Assembly (NCBI RefSeq): GCF_006345805.1
Contig: NW_021832227.1
Location: 392,460 to 456,459, forward strand
Reading direction: 5' to 3'
Length of the DNA stretch: 64,000 bases
From: Octopus sinensis
Taxonomy: Eukaryota
The position numbers were made by a program, and so were the translations under genes. Below the pieces are notes generated by a model that had not been told where the DNA came from, did not search any database, and saw nothing but the letters and a program-made list of their open reading frames with translations. Shown one piece after another: positions 47,429 to 60,161 of this stretch; the stretch's first letter is position 1; every line of letters starts with the position of its first letter.

Positions 47429-49123
47429 TCTTTAAATTTAGTACTTAGAATACTAACCAAAAAACTAACGTGCTGCAAATTAAATTTTATATATTACTGA
47501 ACAATATTAAAAAAAATTATAATTAATACAGTCTTTTGTTAACAAACATTAAAAACTTGGTCAGCCTGAAAAATTTCTCTGTTATATGTTGAAATCGGTT
47601 TGAGGTCTTTACCGAACTGGTTCCTCCTGTTTTTCTATTTTTACATATAAGCTTTATAAGTCTTGCAGAAAGAAATTAAAAAAGAAAAGTATCGAGGATT
47701 TTTAGATTGTTGAATTTTCGCCATGGTTTTTTAGAGATTGTTAATCAAGTACAACTTTTTAGATTTTTCAGATGATTGTGCTGGCAATCCTGAAGAAAAA
47801 TATAAATAAAATTTTCTTTAGAAATTCTATTGATATCTAAAATGAACGAATGTCAATTACTTGAATTTAATCTCTTTAGACTTCTTAGATATTTCAAATC
47901 CAAAATATTAAACATTTGATCTTGATCTTCTATCTTTGAAGAAGAGAATGATTTAAAAAAGCTTAATTTTAATGGGATTTAGGACTTTTTGTTTTTTGGA
48001 ATATTGACAAAACTTGATTTTTGAATTAGCACCTTTTCCATTTGACTTTTCTTTATGAAAAATTATTTTAGTCCAGTATCACTGGGTTAAAACAACAAGA
48101 AAGAATAGTTTACAGAGTGATCACAGACTTGTAGTCTATCTCCTGTTGTGTCGAGCGTCCAATATGCCTTTCTCATGGAAAATGGTGTATGTTCATATTT
48201 TCGACGGTCTTTTAGATAGTCTTTGAGAATAAAACTGCTAGTAGAGCAGGAACCTGTTTACACGATTCTTATAATTTTTCTTCAAGAAATCCCAGATAGT
48301 TTCAGGTAGTTCGCTATTGCCTCTAGGTTTCAGAGTCAGTAAAAAAAATTTTGTACACGTAACATACAAAAATATCATCCATTAGACTTGGAAAGGAATA
48401 TGTGCATGGCATTGCTGCCAAAACATTTGTGAAATGTTTGTTTTTCTCCAAAACAGTAAATTTGTCCTCTTTCTGTTCCATGGTAGAACATGATGGGGAG
48501 CTTTCCTACTAGCATTTTATATTGCCAATATAAACTTGATTGCTCAGCCTTCATAAACCTATTCTCAATTGTTACTACTTTACTACTTTTAGTACTGTCA
48601 TGAAGGAGACCGGAGTAGATATCAAATACGACTACTAAAGCGGACTTGATTTTTTATACATCTGAACAAGCAAAATGTCTTGAGTATCAATTGAAACAAC
48701 TGTGACATGAGGAAAGAAATATCGCATCCTTTTCGTCCTTATGAGACTAGATATTTTGTGCCAAATTATTGCAAAGTTCAGAAAAGAAAGGTGAAGAAAC
48801 TTCGGCCTGCAAACACGACCGCAAAAATAAAATTATATGTTAATTTTCATAAATTTTTAACCAACTGATATGGAGCTGACACATCTGTCGAATTTTTAAT
48901 GAAATGGAACCGATTTTTCAGTCAAAAAAAGTCGACTATTTTGGCCCGGAAGAATATTAACATACACAGAATGTTAGCCTGAAGCTTCCTAGACCAATGT
49001 GAAGTAAAAACTCAAAAATCAAAAACATAAAGAGAAAAAGGAAGTCGTTCTGACTCAGGAGTCAGTTTGAAAATGCAAAATTAGTAAATTAAGAACAATA
49101 TTCCAAAAAAAATATTTAAAAAA

Positions 49124-49582
49124 TCAAATGTCAGTAGTAATGAGTTGATCGCACGGCCAATCCTCATAGCTTCCATCAGGAAGATATCGTCGTATTATAA
49201 TTGGAATCTTCTTTTCCCTAAAAAATATTTTTAAATTTGACTTAAGTTCCTTTATTGCAATTTTAAGAGGATCAGTTTCATTTCCAATTTCAGTGAGAAT
49301 AGGAGCGCACATCCTACAGGATAAACACTGGAGAATAATCACGCTATTTGCTGAGCCCGTGTTCCAATTATTCTTGCCCTCTCATATTTAGTCATGAAAG
49401 GAGTTGTTGTCCGTTCATCGCTCCGCACAGGTCGTCCAGCATTATCTGGCAATATATCGATGTTTTGAGCATCATCCATATTTACAGTATCTTCTATATC
49501 CATGTCATCATCTTCAAAATTGTCGTTGTCGTCAAAACTAAGAATATTCAATAAAAAAGTATCACTCATCCTCGTCGTACAT
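49124..49582 (-). CDS. POLR2F: RNA polymerase I/II/III shared subunit RPB6 (RPABC2), ~125 aa, introns 28, 29 and 24 nt
   Basis: Acidic N-terminus, [58 protein letters not shown]. Confidence 0.97.
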
Positions 49583-49845
49583 GAGCTGACAACAGTAAAA
49601 CTAAATATGCACTAATAAATTGTTTTTATTAAAATATTTTTAATATATAATACACGTTTATTATAATAATACTATGATTCTAATTTGAATGCTAAACAAT
49701 ATAATTTTTAAAAAATTTTATATCGAATAAACTTATTATATATTAATTGCAACACTAATATTAATTAAATTTACTTTTTATTGAATAATAACAAATAATT
49801 GATTTGTTGTAAAAAAAATTAATAAAAAAAGTTGTTGTGCTTTAT
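49583..49845. promoter_or_regulatory. Putative bidirectional promoter between RPB6 and DCC1
   Basis: 263-bp extremely AT-rich spacer between head-to-head start codons. Confidence 0.55.
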
Positions 49846-51267
49846 ATGTCAAATGCTGACAATTTTCAGGAATTATTTAATGAAGTTTTAAGCACTCTGA
49901 ATATTTCTGAACAGGACATTTCCTCTCCGATATACACTTTAGAACTTTCTAATGAGCACGATAAAGAGTCATTTATAATAAATATGGATAGCCAGGCCTC
50001 TTTATTATTATCTTACGATGCGTAAAAAACACTTTAACATGAATAGTTTCACCATAAAAGGAGAAATTGACGATAACGCTGTTCTATGCAGTGATGAAAA
50101 ATGTTATGAGATGATTCAAGTAGACCTCACCTCTACGCTTATTTGTCTGCCAGAGTTAGAAAATGCAAATTATGATTTTTTGAAGGTTTGAATACTTTTT
50201 ATTATTTATTAGTCACGTGCTATTTTATCCGAATATGTTGAACTCAAGGAATATAAACCATCATTAAAATTATTTTACGACACATTAGGCCACGTTCCTT
50301 ACGCGGGGGAATACAACGAACAGAATTACCATTCTGATCAAGTTTTTTTATTCTCAATTAACACTAGTTATATACATATGACGACTTGGTTGATATCATG
50401 CGGTGTACTTCGAGTCAACTTCATGAAATGCTAAAATTATTTGATGCCTTTATTTATTCTTGTTAGTTTGGTGTTGATTATAATTTAAAGATAATGTGAG
50501 ATTATTCGACTCAGAATATCTAGAAGAAGCGGTCATGCACATTTCTAGAATCATTGATTCGAGGAATCTCTGTCTTACTGCAGTTCCGATAAATACTGTC
50601 ATAGAGGATCTCGGCGACCTTTATCCAAAGTCAATTTGTATTTATTTTATATTTTAGGGATATTGTTAAGACTATGTTTCCAATTTTATCCATTAGTTGT
50701 TATTATGGTTTTAAGTTTGTAAAATAATTTTTAAGATCCTAAGGACATCAATCAATGTTACTATAAAATAAATATTGATAAGATGTGCAAATACGGTGCA
50801 CTGTCAATCCTCAGAAAAGCGGATCAAGTTGATTAAATTTTAATATTTACATTTCAGCTTTATCTCGACGAATTTCAGCTAATTTGGAGCCGTTCAATGC
50901 CGTTTCCCACTAATTTAGAACAGCTTAAGGTTTCAAATTGGACAAAATTTTGTAGGGCGTTGCCATTGTCAATGAGGAAGCCAAACCAAAAACAATTTCA
51001 TATTTTAACGTTTTCGACCTCAGTGAGAACGAGGAAGATAGGTCTGCATACTTGTTTATTTTCAGATTTCGACAGATCTTTCAAAAAATGAGAGTTTGGT
51101 CTTACACACAACTCAAACCATATATAAGGCAATTCCATCTTCGTATTATCGGTAGTTATTTTATCGAGCGTTTTTGTACTGATGAAAATGATATGCTACG
51201 CAGATATACTCGGTCTTTCACCAGAAATGGCAGAACCCTATATTCGTCGCGAGTGAGATATAATTAA
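49846..51267 (+). CDS. DSCC1: Sister chromatid cohesion protein DCC1, multi-exon
   Basis: Spliced blocks IKGEIDDNAVLCSDEKCYEM, RFRQIFQKMRVWSYTQLKPYI and MLRRYTRSFTRNGRTLYSSR resemble conserved DCC1 blocks; many ~25-29-nt introns; exact model not fully resolved. Confidence 0.8.
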
Positions 51268-52586
51268 TTTCTTATTTGTATTGAATAAAAATCTTTTATT
51301 ATATAAATTATGCCTCCGTTACCTTTTCTTTTTATACCGGCATTCAGAATAACTTAGAGAAGGTGCATTCCGGGTTTCATGTGAGCAGGAAATGACTGGA
51401 TCGGCGAGCATTAAAGTATATACTCTCCGGAGTTTTCTTAAAAAAACTTTACGGCACATAAGGTTGGAGGAACTTAATGTAAATGCGGTTGCCTTTTGTG
51501 ACCTCTGGGTATTGTGATTTAATTTATATAATTTTTTTTATCTTGCAGATTGTGCGAATAACCTTTTGGTAAGAGATAGTAATTTTGTTTTTTACAAAAG
51601 TTGATGTAGAAAATTCGTCAAAATGTGGGTTGTTCAGAATACTGAAGAGAGTTTTAAGGAAGACACTTACGTTGATTTTTTTAATTATGGTGACATATAA
51701 ACCAGGTTTTAAGAATTTTTTGTAGAAAAAACAAGTTCAAAAACTATAACTTAACTTGAAGCCTGGAAAAATTTTAAATCGTGAACTTATATGTGTAAGA
51801 TAATGGATTTGGAGTAGATAAATTGAGTTGGATTTTGCCCATGGGCGTGTTGAGAAATAGAACATCTTCGAAGGGTGTGGCTGTCACACCCAACAGGCAA
51901 AGTTGCAGCTCGTTTAATGCGAAACCAAATTTTTCGGGCAAACAAAAGTTATTCTTCAGATTAAACCTTATTTATAAGCTCACAATTAATACTATGTTTC
52001 TGCGGGAATGGCTTAAAAATACCTTAAGTATCAATTGAATACTTTTTCGCCTTCGGATGTTTATTTTAAATTTTGGAACGTTCTCTGCTGGTCAAAATAA
52101 CTCCACTTTATATTGAAATTGTTTTAAATAATTTATAAAAGCGTTAATTCAAGTATAATTGACCTTGAATAGTGGATTATTTATGGGCTTGAAAACAATT
52201 TTGCTAATCAGCTACGAAGCTGAAGTTTTCATAAAGACGACTACTGACCTATTAACCTTTCAATCGATAATTTATTCAAAATTCTTTGATTGAAATTTTT
52301 TTGATTTTCAACATTAATACTAGAAGCGTAAACACTAATGCTTTTTGCGTCAAAACTATGCTTCCGCTTTTGACGTTAAAACTCTGAAACCCTATATCAA
52401 TAAATTGTACTTTATAATTTGAATAAACTTTTAATCAATTATGTTTATCATTATATTATTCAATGACTAATATGCCCTGTATAATTGAACTAATAGTACG
52501 TCAATGAACTTTTATTTATAAGATACTAGAAAATAAGTGCCAAAATCAAATATGCCAAAAAAATCAACCAAATAAATTTTTTAATT

Positions 52587-53197
52587 CTAAAAGGTAGTGA
52601 ACCTCCAGCGTGCATTTATTATCGAGGCTGGCTTTCCAGATACTTCGTCATAATCTCCCCATTCCTAAAATCCTCAAAACCATAAAACACCCCATTCTTG
52701 AAAACAACACTATCAAATATAGAATTAGATTCACACATCGCACTGACACGACCCTTTTATTATAAATCAATTTATACCTCAAATCGAAATTCAATCAAAT
52801 CGGCCCCTTTCGGCTGAAATTGGGCCACTGTTTGAAAATTTCCACCATTTTGAGAATCATAGGGAGCAATTGATCCCGGAACAATATCTAATAGGCTCAT
52901 AAAATTGTACAAACCAATAACAATCCTATTTCGACAAAACTTGCACGACATTGCAAAATTGCAAGACCAATTCCTATCCTCGACAAATTTAAGGACATTC
53001 TGATTTTAAATCTTAAAAATGGGACTGTTTGGTTGACTATATGAAAGTGATCTGTATCTGATTCCTCGCCGCAATTATTACATTTGAGGCGAATAGGCCA
53101 GTCGTAGTCTTCGGGAACTATTACTTGTGTAATATTTTCCAATTCAAAAGAAAATTGTAGTCCGAGTTTCTAAAAGTCACAAAACAAGCCCAACCAT
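52587..53197 (-). CDS. CZIB: CXXC motif-containing zinc-binding protein (C1orf123/DUF866), 160 aa, 5 introns of 24-27 nt
   Basis: MKLGLQFSFELENIT...LKCNNCGE...CKFCRN...EWGDYDE; spliced CDS of 483 nt is open. Confidence 0.9.
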
Positions 53198-53369
53198 AAA
53201 ACAAACAACGTTTATAATTTTAAACGTAAGCAATAATTCATTTACCTTATAATGATTTGTTTTTTCGAAAATAAAACAAAAATAGTTTAAAGTTTCTGAT
53301 TATATTTTAATAATAGGAATCAAATATTTTATATATGCAAATGAAATTTTCGATCTTTATACAAATAAC

Positions 53370-54795
53370 AAAAACTGACGACCTCGTTCAATGAGATGTT
53401 CGCAACCAATGACCTACTCCCACTGGGCTCAGGCACACTCATCCCGATACAAAAGGCCAACAAAACCTCCGGTCCGGTGGAAAACCTCCGTCCCGTAATA
53501 CTACTAAACACTCTGAGAAAACTTTTCTCACTTGTTACACTCGGTCGCATAATCCGAACTGTTAATGATTATATCTTTCCCCCAGTCACAGCGGATTCAG
53601 GGCTGGAAGATCTACAGCTGATATAGTCTGGAGTCACAGATGGCGCTGCGCTGTCCAGCAGAAATTCAAAAAAGCTACGGCTATCCTTGGTATCAATATG
53701 TCAAAGGCTTTTGACTGCGTCCGTCGTGACCTACTTAACTTATCGGGGTTCTGGAAAGCTTCCTAGAGGTGAATGAAGTGAGAATGATACGGTTACTACT
53801 TGCTAAGACAGAACTTTCTGTTCGTATCGGGTCAGTCTCCTCCAGGCGGTTCAAAACGAATGTCGGCACGCCTCAGGGAGATTCTCTCTCCCCCCTGCTA
53901 TTTGTAATCTATCTGGAAGCCGTCTTGAGAGATTTGAGAACTTTCTATAATGATTCTATCACCGAAATTGTATATGCCGACTATGTGGACTTTGCCTCGG
54001 ACAACATAGATGATCTAATTCATCTACTAAACAATTCCCCACGGGTGCTTAACAAATGGTTCCTGATAATTAACACCTCCAAAACTGAATTGACGGAGAT
54101 AAAACGAATGGACACCAGAATTGGTGAAACATGGAGGAACGTCAACAAACTCGGCTCCCTACTTGGAGATAGTGAAGACATTTCTCGCAAAAAGATGCTT
54201 GCTACCGCGGCTCTGAGCAGAATACGTAAAAAATGGCTCCAAGCTTGGCCGATAAATCGGGCCCTCAGATCAAGGCTTTATAATGCATTCGTAAAGCCTG
54301 TTCTACTATACAACTCGTCAACATGGGGGATCTCGGACACTGAACTGAAGACTATAGACTCTTTTCACCGTAAACAACTACGTCTCTTACACGGAATACA
54401 CTGGCCATCAAAAATTAACAATCTATCTCTGTATAGACATTACGACGCTACGCCGTTGTCTCAAGAAATCGTTGGAGGCCGGTGGAAATTATTTGGCCAT
54501 ATTTTGCAAATGGACCCCAGAGCTCCAGCCAATCTGGCAATGGACAATTATTTCTCCGAATATGGAGACAAATATCGTGAAAGACCTAGATCTACTCTTC
54601 CGGCAGTCCTGGAAAGGGATTTCAGACTTCATGGCAAAAGTTTCAAAAACTGGGACGACCTAGAATCTTTGCGGGATCTCGCCCGCAACAGAAAGGGATG
54701 GACAAGGATGGTCCAGAAGATTGTTTCGCTTGTGACACATGTGGGATTATAACTTTGTTTATGTTCCTACGGAATGTGTTAATAATAATAAAAAA
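53370..54795 (+). mobile_element. RTE-like LINE, 5'-truncated, frameshifted
   Basis: NLRPVILLN, SKAFD, GTPQGDSLSPLLF, YADYVDF, RLYNAFVKPVLLY, WKLFGHILQM; (TAA)n tail at ~54779-54790. Confidence 0.8.
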
Positions 54796-54844
54796 CAACA
54801 TCACATCCACGTTTCCATAAGCACGTAAGTAAGTGTCTAAGTGT

Positions 54845-55640
54845 CAACTCTTCTGTATGGAAGAAATCTCTGGGAGTTCAAGTCCGAGCATCCTGGACAA
54901 CCCGCACATTGACGTATCGTCGTCATCAAAGTGGCTGAAATTCTAAGAATAACTCTCCAATCAGGAAGGTTATTTTCATATTTGCAAAATAGAAACTTTT
55001 TAATGGTCAAAGGAAACAATGTAACCACTGTAAAAGTAAGGCAATGACCGTTAACCATTTATCCACAAAGTATAGGAGTATGCTTTACCATGATTACACA
55101 TGGAGGCATAACGAAATGGTGAGGTCTCTCCATTCTCTGCTCTGCAATAAGTATGGCTTGAGGCGGTCCAGAAAGTTGCGAACTTATCAAGTTCAATCGG
55201 TTTATGAGAACTCGAAGGTTAACTTCAAGATTGATACTCTTATACGCACCTTGATTTTTGTCCAGCACAACAAACCCGATATTGTGTCCCAGGACCAAAA
55301 CATCGGAAAGATTGTTATCGTGGACGTGCGCATCACGTGCCTAGCCCGTTTGCAGACACTAAAAGTGAAGAAAAAGAGGAAGTATAACCTCCTTGCATAC
55401 GAGCTATGGCTGATGCACCGGAGCAAAATCCATATTATTCTGTGTGTGATGACATGGGATGAACGGGTCACCAAATACCATAAGCGGTACTTAAGACAGA
55501 TGGGTGTAGATAAGTCTCTACAGGTTTATATGCAGTCAACTGTTCTTAAGAGGACTCTGGAGAGTGTCTCGTTTGATGCTCGCCAATCCAGCCCTTTCCT
55601 GACACTGGACTTAGTTAAAAAATTACTTAGTTAATTAGTT
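54845..55640 (+). mobile_element. R4/Dong-like 3' fragment (duplicate of 12980..13760)
   Basis: ORF 55044..55634 is less disrupted than the first copy. Confidence 0.85.
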
Positions 55641-56049
55641 CCTTAAATTAATTTGGAGTAGCTGCCATTTTAAGCTATTATTACGTCTCTTTAAATTGCA
55701 TTTTGATTTTACCTTGTTCTAAATTAATTGAAAATGACATATGTCAACATGCGAACTGTACGAAAGAGAGTCATATTTAGTGAATATTTACTGAGGTACA
55801 TCTTTATATAAATAGGAGCGGTCCCAGATGATTCTCCTGTTAGACACCGGTAGCCCACTTTGTGCATTTCTTGATTAAAATTCAACACATTTTTGACAAG
55901 GTGCTCAAGCTCTTTGAAAAAATTCTGGTAAAAAATTGCATCATACATTTCTCATAATCCCTCCCTGGAATTTCAATGTGAATATGCTTAAAAGTTTAAT
56001 AAAAATGCAAAAAAATATAGAGAAAAGATTATCAAAAAACAATTAATGA

Positions 56050-56421
56050 CCGCTGGGAAATCTCGCGCTGTCCGCCGCCAATCCTGGCACGCTTCCAGGC
56101 AGGCCGAGGAGCGAAAGATTCTCAAGTACGGCCACCTGTCCAACTCGCTGCTCTTTACTCCAATTGCCTTGGAGTCCTCCGGGATCTTCGGTCCCAAGAC
56201 ACTCCGCTTCCTTCGCTCGCTCGGTCGACGGATTTCAAGGACTAGTCACGATCCAAGAGAGTTTTCTTGGCTCCTGGAACGTCTGTCGATTGCTGTGATC
56301 CGAGGGAACGTCTTCGCCATTCGCGCGGCTGGTCGGGTGTCTCGTGAGGCCTTTAACTAACTTAGCTATCTGTAATTTTTGTCTTGTTTTATTTCTTAAT
56401 AAAACTATGAATAAAAAAAAA
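56050..56421 (+). mobile_element. 5'-truncated CRE-like insertion with poly(A) and TSD
   Basis: TPIALESSGIFGP...SWLLERLSIAVIRGN; poly(A) at ~56413-56421; TSD AATTAATGA (56041..56049 and 56422..56430); absent at the paralogous site ~20211. Confidence 0.9.
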
Positions 56422-56589
56422 AATTAATGATTAATTACTATATTTAAAATCTTGTTTTTTTAAATAAATGTTTCAGATGTTTATTTAAATGTTCAGAATC
56501 ACTCAAACAAGTAGTTAAAAATTATAGAAAATTTTTTAAAAAATAGAATATTGATTATTTCTCTTACTCGCCAATTTTGGCTTGACTGT

Positions 56590-57160
56590 ATTTAAAAATA
56601 AAACGTCAGAGCTGAGTTTAGACAATCAAGTAACATCATTAAACATTCTCATCATTCGAAAAATAGCTTAAGCCATTCGAAATAATCAAAAGTATGTTAG
56701 GTAAATGAATAATTACAAAGTAACTATTTAAAAATAAAACGTCAGAGCTGAGTTTAGAAAATCAAGTAACATCATTAAGCATTCTCATCATTCGAAAAAT
56801 AGCTTAAGCCATTCGAAATAATCAAAAGTATGTTAGGTAAATGAATAATTACAAAGTAACTATTTAAAAATAAAACGTCAGAGCTGAGTTTAGAAAATCA
56901 AGTAACATCATTAAGCATTCTCATCATTCGAAAAATAGCTTAAGCCATTCGAAATAATCAAAAGTATGTTAGGTAAATGAATAATTACAAAGTAACTATT
57001 TGAAAATAAAACGTCAGAGCTGAGTTTAGACAATCAAGTAACATCATTAAGAATTCTCATCATACGAAAAACAGTTTAAGCCATTTAAGATAATTTAAAG
57101 TATGTTAGGGAAATAAATGATTAAAAATAACGTCAGAGCTGAGTTTAGACAATCATTTCA
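56590..57160. repeat. Tandem satellite, ~136-bp unit (about 5 copies)
   Basis: TCAGAGCTGAG at 56606, 56742, 56878, 57014 and 57133. Confidence 0.95.
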
Positions 57161-58143
57161 TATCATGACATATCACTCATCTTTCGTTAAACTAAAATAT
57201 GCAGGTGAAATTTATTTCATTTAATTAGTAATATCGAATTAAATAACGCACACAACAAAGAGAACAACAAGATAACGCGTGATTTATGCTTTTTATTTAT
57301 AGATATATTTTAATTTATTATTTTACATTAATTTATATAATATTTTAACAAACTAATTAATGCAAGTCAAAAAATTACCCCTGCCTATTTTAGTCGATAA
57401 TCTCTCAATGTTTTCACTTGTTTATCGTTATTTTCTGCATTTTTTTCCAAATGGAAAAGTAGTTATTTCAAGCGATCTCCTTCGTCATCTGTCAGGATCC
57501 TAATAAGTCATAAGTTGCAGTGGAGATTTTCTGTTTTTAAAGACCAGCTGATTTTACCCGATATTCTTATTTGCGCGTTTATAATTTTAATACTTTATTA
57601 ATAAAAAGAAGATGCAGTCCAGCGCCTCTTGTTGACTAAACGTCAGGAAAGGGCTGGATCGGCGAGCATCAAATGAGATACTCTCCAGAGTCTTCTTAAC
57701 TACAGTTGACTGTATATAAGCCTGTAAAGACTTATCTACACCCAGCTGTCTTAAGTACCCCTTGTGGTATTTAGTGACTAGTCAATGTCATTACACGCGG
57801 AATGACATGAACCTAACACTGGTGCATCAGCCCTAACTCGTTTGCAAGGAGGTCATACTTTATCTTTTTCTCCACTTCCATTGTCTGCAAACGATCTAAA
57901 AACGTGATGCCCACTTCAGCGATAACTATCTCCCCGGTGACCTTATAGTGGACCACAACATCGGGTCTTTGCTCGTTTATAATGTATGCGATAGTAGTAA
58001 TCCAGATTAAGATTAAATTGTGGTTGAATGATAGATCGTAGATGATCTGCCCAAATAATTTTAGCGACAAATGGATCTGAAGAGGTTTTTAAGTTTTATC
58101 GACGATGGGCACTTTCTATTTTGTTAATATCGATCGTTTAGAA

Positions 58144-58665
58144 CAGCGGTTCTCAAATGCGGCCCCCGGGGCCCACGATTTTTTTTGCGGCCCCTCTAGA
58201 GTAACTAACTTTTTTAATTTTTTAATAATGTTTAAATTTAATTATTCATTCTTAAGGTTAAACATATCCATAATTGGTGATTTCATTAATCAATTTGAAG
58301 CACGTTTTGGGGTACATTTATATAAATTTAATTTTTAGAATTTTAAAGAATTCCTTCCTTTAATGAAAATATTCACAACTCCATTCAGCGTGGAAATTAA
58401 GGATGCGCCTGCAAAGTTTCAACTAGAACTCATTAATTTACAACATGATATAGAACTGGCGGCCATTATTAATTTTTACGAATTAATTCCTCAAGACAAA
58501 TTCAAAAATATAACACACAATGCATATATGAATCTACATATTTATGCGAATCAATATTTAGTAAAATGGAAAATATAAAAATATATAAAATATTTTTTGT
58601 GCGGCCCGCGAAGCTAATCTTAATTATCGATTTGGCCCTTGAGCTAAAAAGGTTGAGAACCCCTG
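58144..58665 (+). mobile_element. Non-autonomous hAT (duplicate of 22580..23101)
   Basis: Same TIRs and TSD GTTTAGAA. Confidence 0.88.
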
Positions 58666-60161
58666 GTTTAGAATAACAAGATCCTCCTTATTTTGATTGG
58701 CCCTTGAATCAGATTGCTGATAGTCAGACAACTACTTTTTTCCCTGACGTGTGATTTGAGCCAACTAAAAAACATTTATAGGTCGACGAATCGGAGAAGA
58801 AGACCAAGTGATTAACAAGATTTTCAACCTTCAGATTGTACAAATTTGGCAAAAAATCGCTGCTTTCGTTCCATCCGTAATTAAAAAATATACATTCTTA
58901 ATAATTATTGATTAAATATAAATAATAGTTAAAATAATTGATATATTAAGTTGAAAATGCTTTTTTCTATGTGATACATGATAAATATTTCAAATAAACA
59001 GATATCTGTATAATTTTTAACTCAAATAAATAAATAGAACAAAAAGTTATGTCTACCTCCTAACCAAACGATTCCCATACTTCAATCAATGATACAAGAT
59101 AAAATTCAAGGAGTTATGTACTGTGTAAACTGGAGACATTTTATAGCATTATCGATAAGAATAGAAGTCTATTGTGCCATGCTGGAGATGAAAAATTCAA
59201 CAATTCTTTTTTTGTTTATACTGTTTTGGATATATGGAATATTGAATGTAAAATGGAATGGATTGTAAATAATGAATCGCCAGATATGATTATCGCTAAC
59301 TGCTCTGTAAAAAATTAATTAGATTTATCACAGGAAACAAATTTTTCAATGACGAGTCTTTGGGATGTTTTTATTGTTATCTGCGGAAAAAAGTCGCCTC
59401 CTGGTTTATTAATGTTAAAAGTAAATATATTTGAATTAATTAAAGCTGACCAACTTAAAAAATCGTCTATCGAAATTTGGATATTTTGAAGATTAAATTG
59501 ATTATTTGTTTAAAACAGCAAATAATTCTATAAAGTTTTTATTTTCACTTTTTCTCGCGTACTTAGCTTAATATTTGTATAATTTTGTTACACGAATTAG
59601 TAAGTCTTTTATTACATTTAAATCAAGAATAATATTCTGAGCTAAACTTTTTTAAGGATAAAATAGTAAAAAATTGTTCTAGGTTTTATAATTTTGCTGT
59701 GTTTTGTATCTTGGTTCATCCTCATTCATTGTCGTCTACTTGTAGTTTAATGAACCTTCAAAAAAGGCAAGCGTGTACGCAATTTGTGAGTTTTGTTACA
59801 TCCTGTCTCCTAAGTATCCTGTGCGCCTTGATCGGCATAATTTTTAAAAAAAAACACATCTTACCCTTTTATTGCATTTGCCAGAAAGTGGAACCTGCAC
59901 AATTTTAGATCCCTCTATTACAGAACCAAGGCAAAGTTACCCTAGAAAACTTCATATTTGATCTCTAAGAATTATATCACTTGTTCAATTTCTCGCTCTG
60001 AAATTGTCAAAAATGTGTCAATTGCCAGCCAAGTGGCTTTTGAATATAAATAATTGATCGGTTTATTGCCGATCTTGTGGATTTAAGCGCGTATAAATTG
60101 AAAAACAATGGATTTTGGTCATTGTTGACTCTCACCAAATTTGGTGTGGTCAGGCTACGTA

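Noticed and set aside
48130-48830. Coding-like minus-strand region between RPS2 and RPB6
   Set aside because: Multiple stops and no motif that could be assigned with confidence
51600-52040. Possible degenerate Merlin-like transposase remnant
   Set aside because: Only weak motif echoes; no TIR or TSD found
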